From: Octopus vulgaris
Lineage: Eukaryota
Assembly (NCBI GenBank): GCA_951406725.2
Contig: OX597824.1
Coordinates: 73,780,001 to 73,844,000, forward strand
Length of the DNA: 64,000 nt
Reading direction: 5' to 3'
The stretch's first letter is position 1, and the number at the start of each line of letters is the position of its first letter. A program made the translations under genes and the position numbers. Of the stretch, positions 14,680-28,146 are shown in pieces. The notes beneath the pieces were generated by a model. It was given only the letters and a program-made list of their open reading frames with translations, was not told the DNA's origin and ran no database searches.

Positions 14680-14995
14680 CAATACATGTGACGTACCAGT
14701 TAAAACAATTTGTACTTCTTGCGGGGATATTAAGCCTGCGATAATTCTGAAATAATTTCCAGTTCCTTTTTTGATCATTTCAAGTGCTCCTACAATCATT
14801 AGTATTGTAATCGCCTTCAGATGCCACATTTTTTCGATTTCAATGAACGAATCTTTCTATTTTCTGAGCTTGTCAAATTCTTTTGATAACAAGGGATACT
14901 CATGTCAGTCAATGAAGAGACGTTATTATTTTGGTCTTTTACAACAATATCCGGTTTACCAGCTTTGATGGTTCTGATATGTTGGATTCGTAAAA
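14680..14995 (-). mobile_element. Degraded R4/Dong-like endonuclease 3' fragment
   Basis: Frameshifted RTIKAGKPDIVVKD..DMSIP..WHLKAITILMIVGAL. Confidence 0.6.
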
Positions 14996-15173
14996 GGCTT
15001 TTTAAAGTTTCGCTTTCGTTTTGCTTTTATTATTGTTATTGTAATTTTTGTTAGCTGTTTTTTTAATGATTTGCTTTTAAAAATGTGTTAAGTGTTATTT
15101 TCCCAACATGAGGAAGAAGAGGACTTTGAGAGGGATGTTGACGAGGAGTTACAGGAAAAATTAGAGATACAAT

Positions 15174-15243
<70 letters not shown>

Positions 15244-15755
15244 TGCAGTAGTAGTAGTAGTTGCAGTAGTAGCAGTAGCAGCAGCAGCAGCCGTTCAAGA
15301 ATTTGGACCTGGAGATCTCCATTTCCAGCGACTTCGAGGGCCGCCTCCCAGTGGTGTCGGGCGTCAACGAAGAGCCCTCGACTACAACAAGACGACCAAA
15401 TTTTTTCCAAGGTCTGGGGTCTCCCGCCTCTAAGCCCTAGACCAACACCTAATCACCCTTACCCGTCTTGTTGCTTAACAACAGCAACAGCAACAACAAC
15501 AACAACAACAGCAGCAGTAATCGTAGAATTACTAACATTAACCTTTTAGCATTCAAACTGACCATATCAGGCCCAGATATTAAACCTGTTTTGTGCTTAG
15601 ACTGACCTAACCAGACCAGACCAGACCAGACTTCTCACAACTACCCTGCGATGTCATTCTAAAAGTCGACACAGGCATCTTCAAGATATTAAAGCTGCAA
15701 GAAAACGTATAATACAAAACAATGCGAATAAACGAGCATTACATTTGTTACATCT

Positions 15756-16156
15756 TTACTCTTTTATTTGTTTCAGTCATTTGACTGCGGCCATGTTGGA
15801 GCACCGCTTTTAGTCGAGCAAATCGACCCCAGGACTTATTCTTTGTAAGCCTAGTAGTTATTCTATCGGTCTCTTTTGCCGAACCGCTAAGTGACGGGGA
15901 CGTAGACACACTAGCATCGGTTGTCAAGCTATGTTGGGGAGTGGACACAGACAAACACACACACATTTATATATACATATACATATATACGACGTGCTTC
16001 TTTTCAGTTTCCGTCTACCAAATCCAGTGACAAGGCTTTGGTCGGCCCGAGGCTATAGTAGAAGACACTTGCCCAAGGTGCCATGCAGTGCAACTGAAAC
16101 CGGAACCATGTGGTTGGTAAGCAAGCTACTTACCACACAGCCACTCCTGCGCCTAT
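15756..16156 (-). mobile_element. tRNA-derived SINE family A, full length
   Basis: Head GGCGCAGGAGTGGCTGTGTGGT..GGTTCAGTCC (A/B-box like), central microsatellite, (AAGAGTA)n tail; more than 15 related copies in window. Confidence 0.9.
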
Positions 16157-16210
16157 AGAAAAATCTGAATGCTAAATGGTTAATTGTAACAGCATTGGTA
16201 CGAAACAAAT

Positions 16211-16259
<49 letters not shown>

Positions 16260-16260
16260 G

Positions 16261-16292
<32 letters not shown>

Positions 16293-16655
16293 TGATGATG
16301 ATGATGATGACGACGACGACGACGACGACGATGTTGGAAACAAAAGTTACGTTATCATCCTAGCATCACTGACTGAATGGCTGACTAGCTCCTTCATCAC
16401 TAGAAACAAACGTTACGGTGACTTGCTGGCATGGTTGACTGAGATTTTCACTTATCACTTACATACATACACACATACATACATACATACACACATACAT
16501 ACATAGTTCCAAATGTGAATTTGTGTGTGTTAACTTCATCCCAAAGATGGAGCTTTGTATCTTTGTTGGAAACCGGCTCCCGCCTCAGAGGAAGATTTGT
16601 AATAATTAAAAAACAGAAGTCACACACACACACGCACGCACAGACACACACACAC

Positions 16656-16709
<54 letters not shown>

Positions 16710-16748
16710 ACATATAATAATTAAAAAACAGAAGATATATATACTCAT

Positions 16749-17152
16749 TACTCTTTTACTTGTTTCAGTCATTTGACTGCGGCCATGCTGGACCACCGCC
16801 TTTAATCGAGCAACTCGACCCCGGGACTTATTCTTTGTAAGCCCAGTACTTATTCTATCGGTCACTTTTTACCGAGCCGCTAAGTGACGAGGACACAAAC
16901 ACACCAGCATCGGTTGTCAAGCAATGCTGGGGGGACAAACACAGACACACAAACATACACAAACACACATTTATATATACATATATACGACGGGCTTCTT
17001 TCAGTTTCCCTCTATCAAATCCACTCACAAGGCTTTGGTCGGCCCGAGGCTATAGTAGAAGACACTTGCCCAAGGTGCCACGCAGTGGGACTGAACCCGG
17101 AACTATGTGATTGGTAAGCAAGCTATTTACAACACAGCCACTCCTGCACCTA
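16749..17152 (-). mobile_element. SINE family A, full length
   Basis: Closely similar to 15756-16156. Confidence 0.9.
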
Positions 17153-17268
17153 TATATATATATATATATAAAGGAACCCAACTGATATGGATCGAAATGC
17201 TATTATATTTTGCTCCGAACAATTTTACCACTCTAAACCAATATATGTACCAGCTAATATATATATGC

Positions 17269-17299
<31 letters not shown>

Positions 17300-17430
17300 T
17301 GTATGTATGTATGTATGTATGTATGTATGTATGTATGTATGTATGTATGTATGTATGTATATGTGAGTGTGTGAGAAAGAAATTAATGAGAGACAGTAGA
17401 CGTTTTACATCTTCTAATATAACAAAATCT

Positions 17431-17465
17431 CTTCCCTGAAGAAGGACTCTTTCCGAAACGTTGAA
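17431..17465 (+). ncRNA. Degenerate minimal type I hammerhead motif
   Basis: CTGAAGA-A-GGA(ctctt)TCC-GAAA-CG-TT with palindromic ACGT stem III; stem I weak. Confidence 0.5.
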
Positions 17466-17715
17466 TTTTCTACTTCCGCGGCAAGTCCACTGTACTTATT
17501 TTATCGATTTATTATGTCTTGCCGACGTAGACCAGCAATCTCTTTCAGGTTTGCTTGATCATGTGTGTGTGTGTGTGTGTGTGTGAGTATTTGTCTCAGA
17601 AAATTGAAGATAAATTTAGTATAATTAGATCACAGTTTGCAATGCGTACGTTGTGGAAAGAAGCAAATGGAATACATCTTCTTATTGATTCGATAACGAT
17701 AAACGTTGCCCTTTT

Positions 17716-17976
17716 CAAGCCTAACCAGGCTCATGGGCCCGGTTTCCCGGTTTCTGTGGCGTATGTGTTCCTCCCAGTTACTCAAGAAACAGGAAGAGAG
17801 AGTGAAAGTTGTGGCGAAAGAGTACAACAGGGGTCGCCACCATCCCCTGCCGGAGCCTCGTGGAGCTTTTAGGTGTTTTCGCTCAATAAATAAACACAAT
17901 GCTCGATCTGGGAATCGAAATCGCGATCCTCCGACTGCGAGTCCGCTGCTCTAACCACTGGGCCATTGCGCTTCCA
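17716..17976 (-). mobile_element. SINE family B variant
   Basis: tRNA-like head (rc GGAAGCGCAATGGCCCAGTGGTTAG..GTTCGATTCC-like) shared with 49721-50103; different 3' part. Confidence 0.75.
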
Positions 17977-18315
17977 TTTGTTATTGATTGACCTACAGAA
18001 AAATAAGGAGATCACTCTAACATATTTCATACTGGAGAATGCCAAACCAACCATTAAACATCTCACAGAAAATAACTTTAGAACAGTCGTTGGAAGAGAA
18101 CTTTATAACAATCATTGTATAAATCATTTACAACCTAATACTTGGCCGAAAAGTCTGTATGCTTAGAGATTAAAATATATTCATATTTATCTACTTTCTT
18201 CAACATATGTTTTACAAACTACGTCCTAAGTGCCTAAGTGTATTCTTTGTTATGTGCTAGCTTGTGACTGGTTTAAATAACGATTGGATAAAGTCCTCTT
18301 TGTAGACAGTAGGTG

Positions 18316-18380
18316 GGAGAAGATTGGCGCACTCTCTGACGATTGACCAAGCAATCAGGAAATATGTCGGGGCAATCTCC
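18316..18380 (+). ncRNA. Type I hammerhead motif
   Basis: CTCT-CTGACGA-TTGA(ccaagcaa)TCAG-GAAA-TATG-TC-GGGG. GUC triplet, near-palindromic ATATGT stem III, distal pairing GATTG/CAATC. Confidence 0.6.
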
Positions 18381-19364
18381 TTATTTTTTCTGTGTGCGAA
18401 GAGAATGATGACATGTAAGTTAGAGTGTATATAGAATATAAGAAGTTCCCTTCGTAGGCAAAAAGGTCTGATCGGGGGAGTGAACAGAAAGAAAACGTAA
18501 TATTTAATCTACTACTTTACATTCACTACTTACGTCTTAATATCCTGTTAGGCAATACTCGCGCATATACATAAATACATACGTGTTTGGGTATGTATGT
18601 GTGTGAGTATGTATGTGTGTGTCTGTGTGTAAGCATGTATATCTGTTTCTCTCTATATATGTATGTGTATGTATACACACATACAAAACTGTTTCTAGGT
18701 GTGTTTATACACGCATACATTAATTATAATTTTATGTGTCCATACATTAATTATAATTTATGTGTCCATACATTAATTATAATTTATGTGTCCATACATG
18801 TATATGTGCACATACTCACCATTAGTTCTTTATTTACTGACACACGCACACACGCACGTACACACACACACACACACACGCACTACACACACGTACACAC
18901 AAGCCTACCCCCACCAAAAAAAAGCTAAACAAAATACTTACGTCACAGATTTTTCTTCATATGTTTTTAACACGTGTTTTTTTTTCTTCCTTCAGTCACC
19001 ACTAATTAAATAATCTATGTATTTTAATAAAAATAAACTAGTAAGAATCATTAGCACGTCGAATAGTTATGCTAAGTGGCATTTCTCGCGACTCTTGCGT
19101 TCTGAGTTCAATACTCGCCAAAGTCAGCATCATCTTTTCGGGGTTTAGTTACTGTATTATTTTTTAGATCCCAGCTCTCGTCGTGAGGCAGGTTTTGTCC
19201 TACTATTTGATTCCATATCATAACTTAATATTTTCCAAATCACCATATTACAAGATATGAAACTCTACTGTGAAGAAAAGTAAGCACTAATTAATTAGTT
19301 AATCAATTAAATTAATACTTGAAACACACACACATATATGTATGTATGTATGTATATCTATCTA

Positions 19365-19446
<82 letters not shown>

Positions 19447-19515
19447 CCTACCTACCTACCTACCTACCTACCTACCTACCTACCTACCTACCTACCTACC
19501 TACCTACCTACCTAC

Positions 19516-19561
<46 letters not shown>

Positions 19562-19636
19562 GTCTGTCTATCTGTCTGTCTGTCTGTCTGTCTGCCTGCC
19601 TGTATGTATGTATGTATGTATGAATGTGTGTGTGTG

Positions 19637-19735
19637 TATCAGTTGAATAAAGTTACAACATGGTCTGTTTTTTTTTATTATTGTGCAACAAAAAGCGTGA
19701 AAACTAGACCATGTTGTAACTTTATTCAACTGATA
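19637..19735. mobile_element. 99-bp Tc1/mariner-type MITE
   Basis: Perfect 30-bp inverted ends TATCAGTTGAATAAAGTTACAACATGGTCT including flanking TA. Confidence 0.8.
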
Positions 19736-19767
19736 TGTTATTCTATACATATTTACACAAATTCGGA

Positions 19768-19946
<179 letters not shown>

Positions 19947-20003
19947 TATAGAGAGAGAACAAAATGTACGTACGTCGCTATATATATATATATATATATA
20001 TAA

Positions 20004-20303
20004 AATACAAAATGGGACAAGAACGCAAAACATCCGGACAACTAGGTGATACAAAAAGGGACAACAAAACATCCAGATAGACGATACAAAAAACAAGAAC
20101 GGGTCATTCGAAGCTTTCGATCCTCAGTCAAGAACCAGATCTAATCAGCCGAAATTGCGAGGATGATCGGTTCTTGACTGAGGATAGAAAGCTTCGAATG
20201 ACCCATCCTTGTTTTTTTTGTATCGTCTATCTGGATGCTTTGTTGTCCCTTTTCGTATCACCTAGTTGTCCGGATGTTTTGCGTTCTTGTCCCATTTTGT
20301 ATT
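20004..20303. mobile_element. Fold-back Penelope-like element in (TA)n, about 138-bp arms
   Basis: 20004-20141 inverted versus 20165-20303. Each arm carries CTGAGGA-NN-GAAAGCTT; spacer contains CAGCC-GAAA. Confidence 0.65.
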
Positions 20304-20325
20304 ATATATATACATATATATATAA

Positions 20326-21233
20326 ATTGGGTTGGAAGAAAAGTTCGCACTGTTTTTCAATTGGTAGTGTTTAAGCACGTGATTTCGTTTTCACGTGACA
20401 GAAGTATATAACATATATACATTTTCTGGAAGGTGACTTTCAAACACACCTTTGTATATGATTTCTGTGTGGATAGTTTATTTTATGTTTAAAGTGAGAA
20501 CAATGTGATATATTGTCATCAAAGGATGCTCATCTATTTCCGGAAAGTAAAAAAGCGCTGTACAAGCAGCAAAAACAGATTTGAACAGTTTATGAAGATG
20601 GTGCCCTCACTGAGAAGTGGCTTGCTACGTTTAGGGGTGACAATTTTGATCTGGAAGACCGTGAAGGTTTCGACAGACCTACAGTAATTGATGATGGTCA
20701 AATCGAAACACAAATAAAAAATAATCCAGGTCACAAAACACGAAGCATTGCACAGATACGCTAATCTTATATGAGTGTTATAAGGAGTTCACAAATACTT
20801 GGAATATGAGAATCGTTATGATGTTTTGATGCCTCATAACTAAACGGGAAAAAAATTAAAGGACCACATTATCCTCTGCGATTCTCTGCTCAAATGCGAC
20901 AAAAACGACCCGTTTTTGTAACGAACGATCACCTAGACTGCGGAGCTAAACGGGTCTTGGAGAAAATGAAATGACGCATCTCTAATCACTCCAAAAGTCG
21001 GTCAGTATCTGAAGAAGGTGAAGCTGTGTATTTGGTGGGATTGAAAAGCTATTGTGTATTCCGCAACATCAGACGTTGATTCTTACAACTGCTGTTCTCA
21101 GTTAGATCGATTAAAAGAAGTAATCGGTGAAAAAGAAAAGAATCTAGTGTAACAGGATGAAAGGTCTGTCGAAGGAAAAGCCAAGACTTCGAATATCTTC
21201 AACAGCATAAATATTTTTATTTTTCTGGATTCG

Positions 21234-21290
<57 letters not shown>

Positions 21291-21765
21291 CCCTCAGAAC
21301 GAATCGGTAGCCTAGGAGCTAGTCACAGTAGTTAAGTGGTGTGAACCAAATCTTGTCTCGTTCCAGCATAGTGTAGCATCGCCACGTGGTGGCAGCTTGG
21401 GAGAGTTGTGAGAACGTGTCTGTTCTATTCGACTGTTAACTTCGAGAGAGATCGATACGCGGGAAGTTTTGCTGCTGCTAATTCTCTGCGCATGCGCATG
21501 AGGGAACTTCCGGCAGGCCTCCCGGGAGAATCCAACTCTGCACATGCGCGCTGAAGACTTCCAAAATGGCGCCACTACACTAGAATGGACCGACCGGAAG
21601 GGAGTCGTCTTCCTTCAGGGTAACGCTAAACCTCATATTTCAAGAAGACCCGCCAGAAATTGGTACAGCTTGGTTGGGATGTCCTACTACATCCATCCGT
21701 ATTCATGTCTCATCTTGCACCTTCTGATTACCTTTATTTCTTTCTCTACAAAATGCTTTCAATAA
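20326..21765 (+). mobile_element. Degraded mariner transposon split by a solo LTR
   Basis: TIR-like TTGGGTTGGAAGAAAAGTTCGC. Remnants FDLEDREGFDRP, WWD, QLDRLKE, RKGVVFLQGNAKPH (HDNARPH), LAPSDY. Confidence 0.85.
21148..21579 (-). mobile_element. Solo LTR, probably Ty3/gypsy type
   Basis: TGTA...TACA termini, 4-bp TSD CTAG (21144-47 and 21580-83). Removal rejoins the mariner frame EKNL-EWTDRKG. Minus-strand AATAAA near 21216-21221. Confidence 0.8.
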
Positions 21766-21774
21766 GTGCATACG

Positions 21775-22140
21775 TGACGGTATGGTAAGAAGCTTGCTTC
21801 CCAGCCACATGGTTTCGGGTTCAGCCCCACTGCGTGGCACCTTGGGCAAGTGTCTTCTAATATACCCTCAGGCTGACTAAAGCCTTGTGAGTAGATTTGG
21901 TAGACGGAAACTCAAAAAAAGTCCGTTGTATATGTGTGTGTGTGTTCCCCTACCATCGTTTTTCAACTGATGTTAGTGTGTTTACGTCCCTGTAACTTAG
22001 TGGTTCGACAAATGACACCGATAAAATAAGTACTAGGCTTACAAAGAATAAGACCTGGGTCGATTTGTTCGACTAAAACCCCTTAAGATTGTGCTCCAGC
22101 ACGGTCACGGTCAAATGGCTAAAACAAGTAAAGCAATAAA
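21775..22140 (+). mobile_element. Diverged SINE family A
   Basis: Colinear with the other family A copies. Confidence 0.8.
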
Positions 22141-22149
22141 AGAATATAT

Positions 22150-22223
<74 letters not shown>

Positions 22224-22271
22224 TGTGTACAACGCACGCACGCACGCATCTCATGAAAAAAGTTTCCTTAC

Positions 22272-23499
22272 CTATGTGTTTATTATGGCCACTCTTTCGT
22301 TGAACTTCTTGCTGCCTTTCGCCGTCCCGATTCGATTCTTCAAGTAATCTCTTTAACTCTGACTTCCAGTCGGTTTCTTCGTTGTCATGAATCTTATCAA
22401 AATATTCTGCTTTCCGTAAATCTCGTTCCGGATTAATGCTATTTGCTTCAACCGCTGCTCTGTCGTACCCTGATTTCATATTCCCGTTCTCTTTCTTTGC
22501 ATTAATTTCAAATACAGTTTCCGTTTCTGTTTTCTTTTCCCCATCTTTTTCATAATAATCATAATCATAATCACCATTGCCCTCATTTTCCTTTTCTTTG
22601 CCATTTGTCTCCTCTTTCATTCTATTTTTATTTTCCTCATCCTCAACGTTGACGCCGAAGCTCAAACGCATCTTGTTCTTTCCCTCTTGCCCGATACCGT
22701 AATCATTGTCATCTTCGCTACCATTTCCACTCTCACCACCAATAACAATACCTTCATGTACAGAGCTTTTTTCATTACCGCTATAATGAACAGAATATGA
22801 GACATTCTTTGGATATTTTCCGCTTAGAAAATCCTCCCCCAAATTATAGCCGTTCAGTTTGTTAATTTTAATCGGTTTTCTTCGCCTTTGAATCGATTTT
22901 AATCGCCGTTCAACCAGATTATCTGTTTTCTCGACTATGTTCCCACTTCTTTCTTCCAGATTATCCCCTCTTCCCACCAAATTATCTCCCGTTCCATCCA
23001 GGTTATTTCGTTGTTCACCATCGTCACATTTAACCCACCGTACATCTTCTAAATCTGTAAGCGATGTTGTTGAAATAAGCGGATGTTTCGGTGGATAGTG
23101 TTGTGATTTGTACTCCTCCCAAAGACTTCCTTTATCTCCTACCCCTACTTCTAGCCCTTCTTTTACTACTATTACTTCATCGTCCTTTTCTTCTTTGTTA
23201 TTTTGTTCTGGTTGTACTTCACCATCACCTTGAATTCCTTTATATCTATCTTCTATACTACTTCTGTTAAGTGTGTTGGAACTCCTGTCTTTAGTTTCCG
23301 CACGTTTGCGTTGATGTCCAAACCGTCGGTGAAATTTCCTGTAAAATCTTCGATTAAATCTCCCTCGGAATCTTTTCCTATGCCTGCGACTGTCGACAAT
23401 TGAAATGGTTTCCGAAGCGTAAGGATTCTCTATTTGAACAGACGAAGCTGTCGTAATTTCCACGTAGACACTAAACCAATTGCCAGTGACATTGTTTCC
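22272..23499 (-). CDS. Large internal coding exon B (409 codons + 1 nt), hydrophilic putative ectodomain
   Basis: 1.2 kb non-microsatellite open frame. Acceptor ttattttctttag|GGA (phase 0) at 23500-23501; donor ATA G|gtaagg (phase 1) at 22271. Starts GNNVTGNWFSVYVEITT and ends SGHNKHI. Sequons NVT, NRS, NVS, NGS. Confidence 0.82.
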
Positions 23500-23773
23500 C
23501 TAAAGAAAATAAATATATAAAGAAACATTAGTGAAATAGAATACACGCACACAGACACACACACATACTCACTCTCATACACATTAAATGATAAATGGCA
23601 TCATAACAAGAACGGCATATTTATATATTCATTGCCTTTTACCTTACAGCTGTTTCGGTTAAGAGAAACAGATAGCACTCACTTTACAAGGGCCAGTTAT
23701 TCGTCCTGCTATGATGAAGCACAATTATAAAATGTACATACAAACACACACGCACACGCACGCACACAGACAA

Positions 23774-23811
<38 letters not shown>

Positions 23812-24296
23812 CACACATATACACATTTAAACGCGGGATGAAAAGGTATTCAATTCATAGTTAAATTTATGCATTTGTATTTGAAACTTCAGCTTTTCTC
23901 TCTTGCTTTCCTTCTTTCTTTCTCTCTTTCTTTTTTTCTTTCTATCTTTCTTTTTCTTTCTTTCTCTTTTTCTTTTCCTCTTCTTTCTAGCTATCTTTCT
24001 TGTATTTTGCCATTACTCGGATTTTGGTATATCTGCACTGTCAGTGACAAAAAAATATATTGATGTACAGATTTAAATGACTCTGTGTGTGTGGTGTGAT
24101 GTATGTATGTGAGTATAGTGTGTGTGTATGTGTGCATGTGTGCAGTGGTGGTGGTGATGGTGGGTGAAAGCGATCAACAAACTACATATGTATGGAGGCA
24201 GGTGAGTATACCGGGTGGGTCTGAGGGAAGATGGTGCTAATGGATACGTGCTGTTTTGATGATGCTGAGCTTGCTTTATTTTCCTGCTCTCCTCTA

Positions 24297-24327
<31 letters not shown>

Positions 24328-24461
24328 TATATATAAATAAATAAATACACATTGTGTACAGGACAACCCTGCTGTACTCTTTCACCACAACTTTATATAC
24401 ATATGCGTATACACACACACACACACACACATTATATATATATATACATACATGTATATGT

Positions 24462-24506
<45 letters not shown>

Positions 24507-24554
24507 CATACATACATACATACATACATACATCATACATACATACATACATAT

Positions 24555-24792
24555 CGTGGCACTTCGTCGGTTACGACGAAGAGGGCTCCAATTGATCCGA
24601 TCAACGGAGCAGCCTACTCATGAAATTAACGTGCAAGTGGTTGAGCACCCCACAGACACGTGTACTCTTAACGTAGTACTGGGGAAGATTCGGCGTGACA
24701 CAGGCTGTGATAAGGGTGTCCCTTTGAAATACAGGCGCAACAGAAACAGGAAGAAAGAGTAAGAAAAAGTTGTGGTGAAAGAGTACAGCAGG
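24555..24792 (-). mobile_element. 5'-truncated SINE family B
   Basis: Matches 3' two-thirds of 51580-51974. Confidence 0.75.
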
Positions 24793-25364
24793 GTTGGCTA
24801 ATGTTTTAACACCCAAGGGAAATAACCCATGGCACCTGTACAATATTTTTTAAACACTCAAGAGAAAAAACCCATTTCATTGTTTATGTTCGATTACTTC
24901 GAATACTGATTTTTTGTGTGTTTAATTTCTAATTTTTGCAGACAATATCACTTTTATACTTATTTGATACGTGAGTAGAACTCATGTCTGGAAACATCGT
25001 GACATACTTAGATTGTTGAAAAAAAATCAATAATAGGGCCCCTCCAATGCATCCTTCTATCTACTACATATTACTAATATTTTATTTAAATAACCCTAGT
25101 GAAATAACCCGTACCACCTGCAGATTTTAGCGAAGCGATCAATATTTGATTCTCACGATCAACCGACCTAATTCTGCATTTCACTACTCACAGTTTTGAT
25201 CTGCTAAACATTATTATTGCACTTCCTTAATTTGAATCTTAAACATTAATATTTTTACTTTAACTCTGGTATTGAGCACTCTTGCTTCGTTACCACTTTT
25301 GTGTGTGTACAGGTATCTACTGTGTTGGACAGGCGGGTGTATATATGTGCGTGGCGCATAAGTA

Positions 25365-25400
<36 letters not shown>

Positions 25401-25487
25401 GAGAGGTTTTTCATGGTGTAGTAACATTGAAACGCAATTTTGAAAAGCCGCAAAATAAACACGAAATATAATTTGACCGGAAGAGCA

Positions 25488-25518
<31 letters not shown>

Positions 25519-25825
25519 CATCAACATCAACAATAACAACGACTATTCATCTTAACCGGTCTGTCACATTCTATCAGAATATCGGAATGACAGAATAATG
25601 TATGAGTCGTGCGGGTGGATCGTGTGACGGGGTGGAGCATGCTGGAAGCCTGATACATGGAAGAATTCTTTTGGGAGAGAGGAGTGAGAGGGAGAGAGAG
25701 AGAGAGAGGGGGGGGAGAGAGGGAGGGAGGGAGGGACAGAAGGAGAGAGGGAAAGAGGGAAATGGGCAGAGAGGGGGAAAGTGAAAACAATGGCTGGAGA
25801 GATACACTATCAAAACACACACACG

Positions 25826-25876
<51 letters not shown>

Positions 25877-26155
25877 ACACACGCACACACACACATACAC
25901 ACGTCTTTACATTCATTTACACATCTTTTCGCGCAAATACATGCATAACTATATGCTTTAACATATAGATAGACATAAAAGAAACACACATACACGCGCA
26001 GATATACCAACACACACATACACATACACAAACACAAAAGCTCACGACATACATACCCACATACAGACATCACAAACACACTACACACACACAAACACAC
26101 CCATACATACCTACACCCTTACCGACGTACATACTCTCGCTCCCGCTCTTTCTCT

Positions 26156-26200
<45 letters not shown>

Positions 26201-26852
26201 GTACACACACACATGCACTCACTCATACACACACACACACACTGCTAATGACTCAGGAATGAATAGAAGAATTGAAATGAAAGAACTTCTTCATTCCCTA
26301 CCCACCCCTTCACCCCCTTTGGCCCCGTACCCTGTCAATACCTTCCCCCTTCTCCCAGTATTCCAGCACCTTACCATTATTCCTACCTTCTCCCTATGCC
26401 ACTAAAACTCACCATTAACACCTACCACACCCACCACTATCACCTACCACCCCTACCACCATCACCGACCGCAATATGGAGGCATCTAAATCTTCCTTAA
26501 ATTACACTATGTGCAGGTATTGTTGTAGACACAGGTGTGGCTGTGTGGTAAGAAGTTTGCGTCCGAATCACATGATTGTGGGTTCAATCCCACCGTGTAG
26601 CATTTGAGGCAGGTGTCTTCTAATGTGACCCTGGGTTGACCAAGGGATCGTGAATGGATTTGATAACCGAAATCTGAAAGACAACTATCGTAGTTATGTG
26701 TGTGCGTGTGTGTGTACCAATATGTGTGTATGTATATATACATACATACACACACAAACATATATACATATATATATGCATATATATACATATATCTGTA
26801 TATGTGTATGTGCGTATATATATATGTGTGTGTGTATGTGCGTATATATATA

Positions 26853-26911
<59 letters not shown>

Positions 26912-27010
26912 ACCGACCAGACCATCAGATGTTGCTACACATCGCTGGTCACAATGCGTTCGCATTGTTTTAGCCTTCGAATGATGCCACCCCACTGGCT
27001 AAGTGAGCAG

Positions 27011-27065
<55 letters not shown>

Positions 27066-27725
27066 GCGTGTATATATATGTATATATACATAAACTCTTT
27101 CTCTTTTTCTCTTTCTCGTTTCTCACATGTGACCATCATCCATCTTTCTTTTCCTCATGTGACTGTCTTTCTTTGCTGCACGGACCTTGTAAGGACTGGT
27201 CGTATCCTATCTCTCTCTTCTATTTTTTCTCTTTTCAAAGAAAATATTTCTCTCAGCGTTCACTATTTTCCCCTTGTTACGACATTCTATGTTTGTTTTC
27301 GTTCGGTTTCCCTGTATATCTCCACTGTCCTGTTTTTGTTCCCAATTTTGACCCTCCATAAATTCAAAATTTTATTTTGGTATTTTTGGGAGCAACTGTC
27401 TTCGAAGACTCATATTGTCGTTCATTTCTCGAAATGGGGAACAGATAGACAGCCGACAACTGATGAAGGGTCGTTATTTGTATTCCTTGTATTACTTGAC
27501 TTGTTTTCCATTTTTTCTCTCGTTATTTGCGTATTTGACTCATTTGTCTTCGTATCTCATGTTGTTTATATATATACATACATATATACATACACACACT
27601 TACATACGTATATATACACATACATACAATCAAATATACATATACGTACATACATACATACATACATATACATACACATACATATATATATATATACATG
27701 CACAAATACACATACATATTTATAC

Positions 27726-27766
<41 letters not shown>

Positions 27767-27789
27767 TTGTATGTATGTATGTATGTATG

Positions 27790-28065
27790 TATCGAGCAAG
27801 CTGTCGCATGTTGATATGTACCAGCTGACCACTTGGCGCTTCCTCGCATTGTTATAGCTTTCGGATGATGCTACCTCGCTGGCTAGACTAAGCAGGCCAA
27901 TGTTTCCTCTGAAGAGGTACACTGGTCCTCGCAAAGTCATCTATTTACATCTAAGAGGACAAGAGTAACATGAAATGAAGTGTTTTCTTCAAGAACACAA
28001 TGCACCGACGGTCTGGGAATTTTGCGATCGTGAGTGCAACGCCCTAACCACTAGGCCACGCGCCT
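27790..28065 (-). mobile_element. Further tRNA-headed SINE; related 3' tail fragment at 26905-27013
   Basis: rc head GGCGCGTGGCCTAGTGGTTAGGG; shared tail gcattgtt..gatgc..gctggcta..agcaggcc. Confidence 0.55.

Positions 28066-28146
<81 letters not shown>

Noticed and set aside
17985-18166. Possible Penelope GIY-YIG C-terminal remnant upstream of the 18316 hammerhead
   Set aside because: Only vague resemblance (ILENAKP, INHLQPN); cannot be supported without a profile search.
22111-22271. C-terminal 53 codons of the 450-aa ORF
   Set aside because: Read-through past a strong donor (G|gtaagg) into (CA)n and a SINE; treated as intron.
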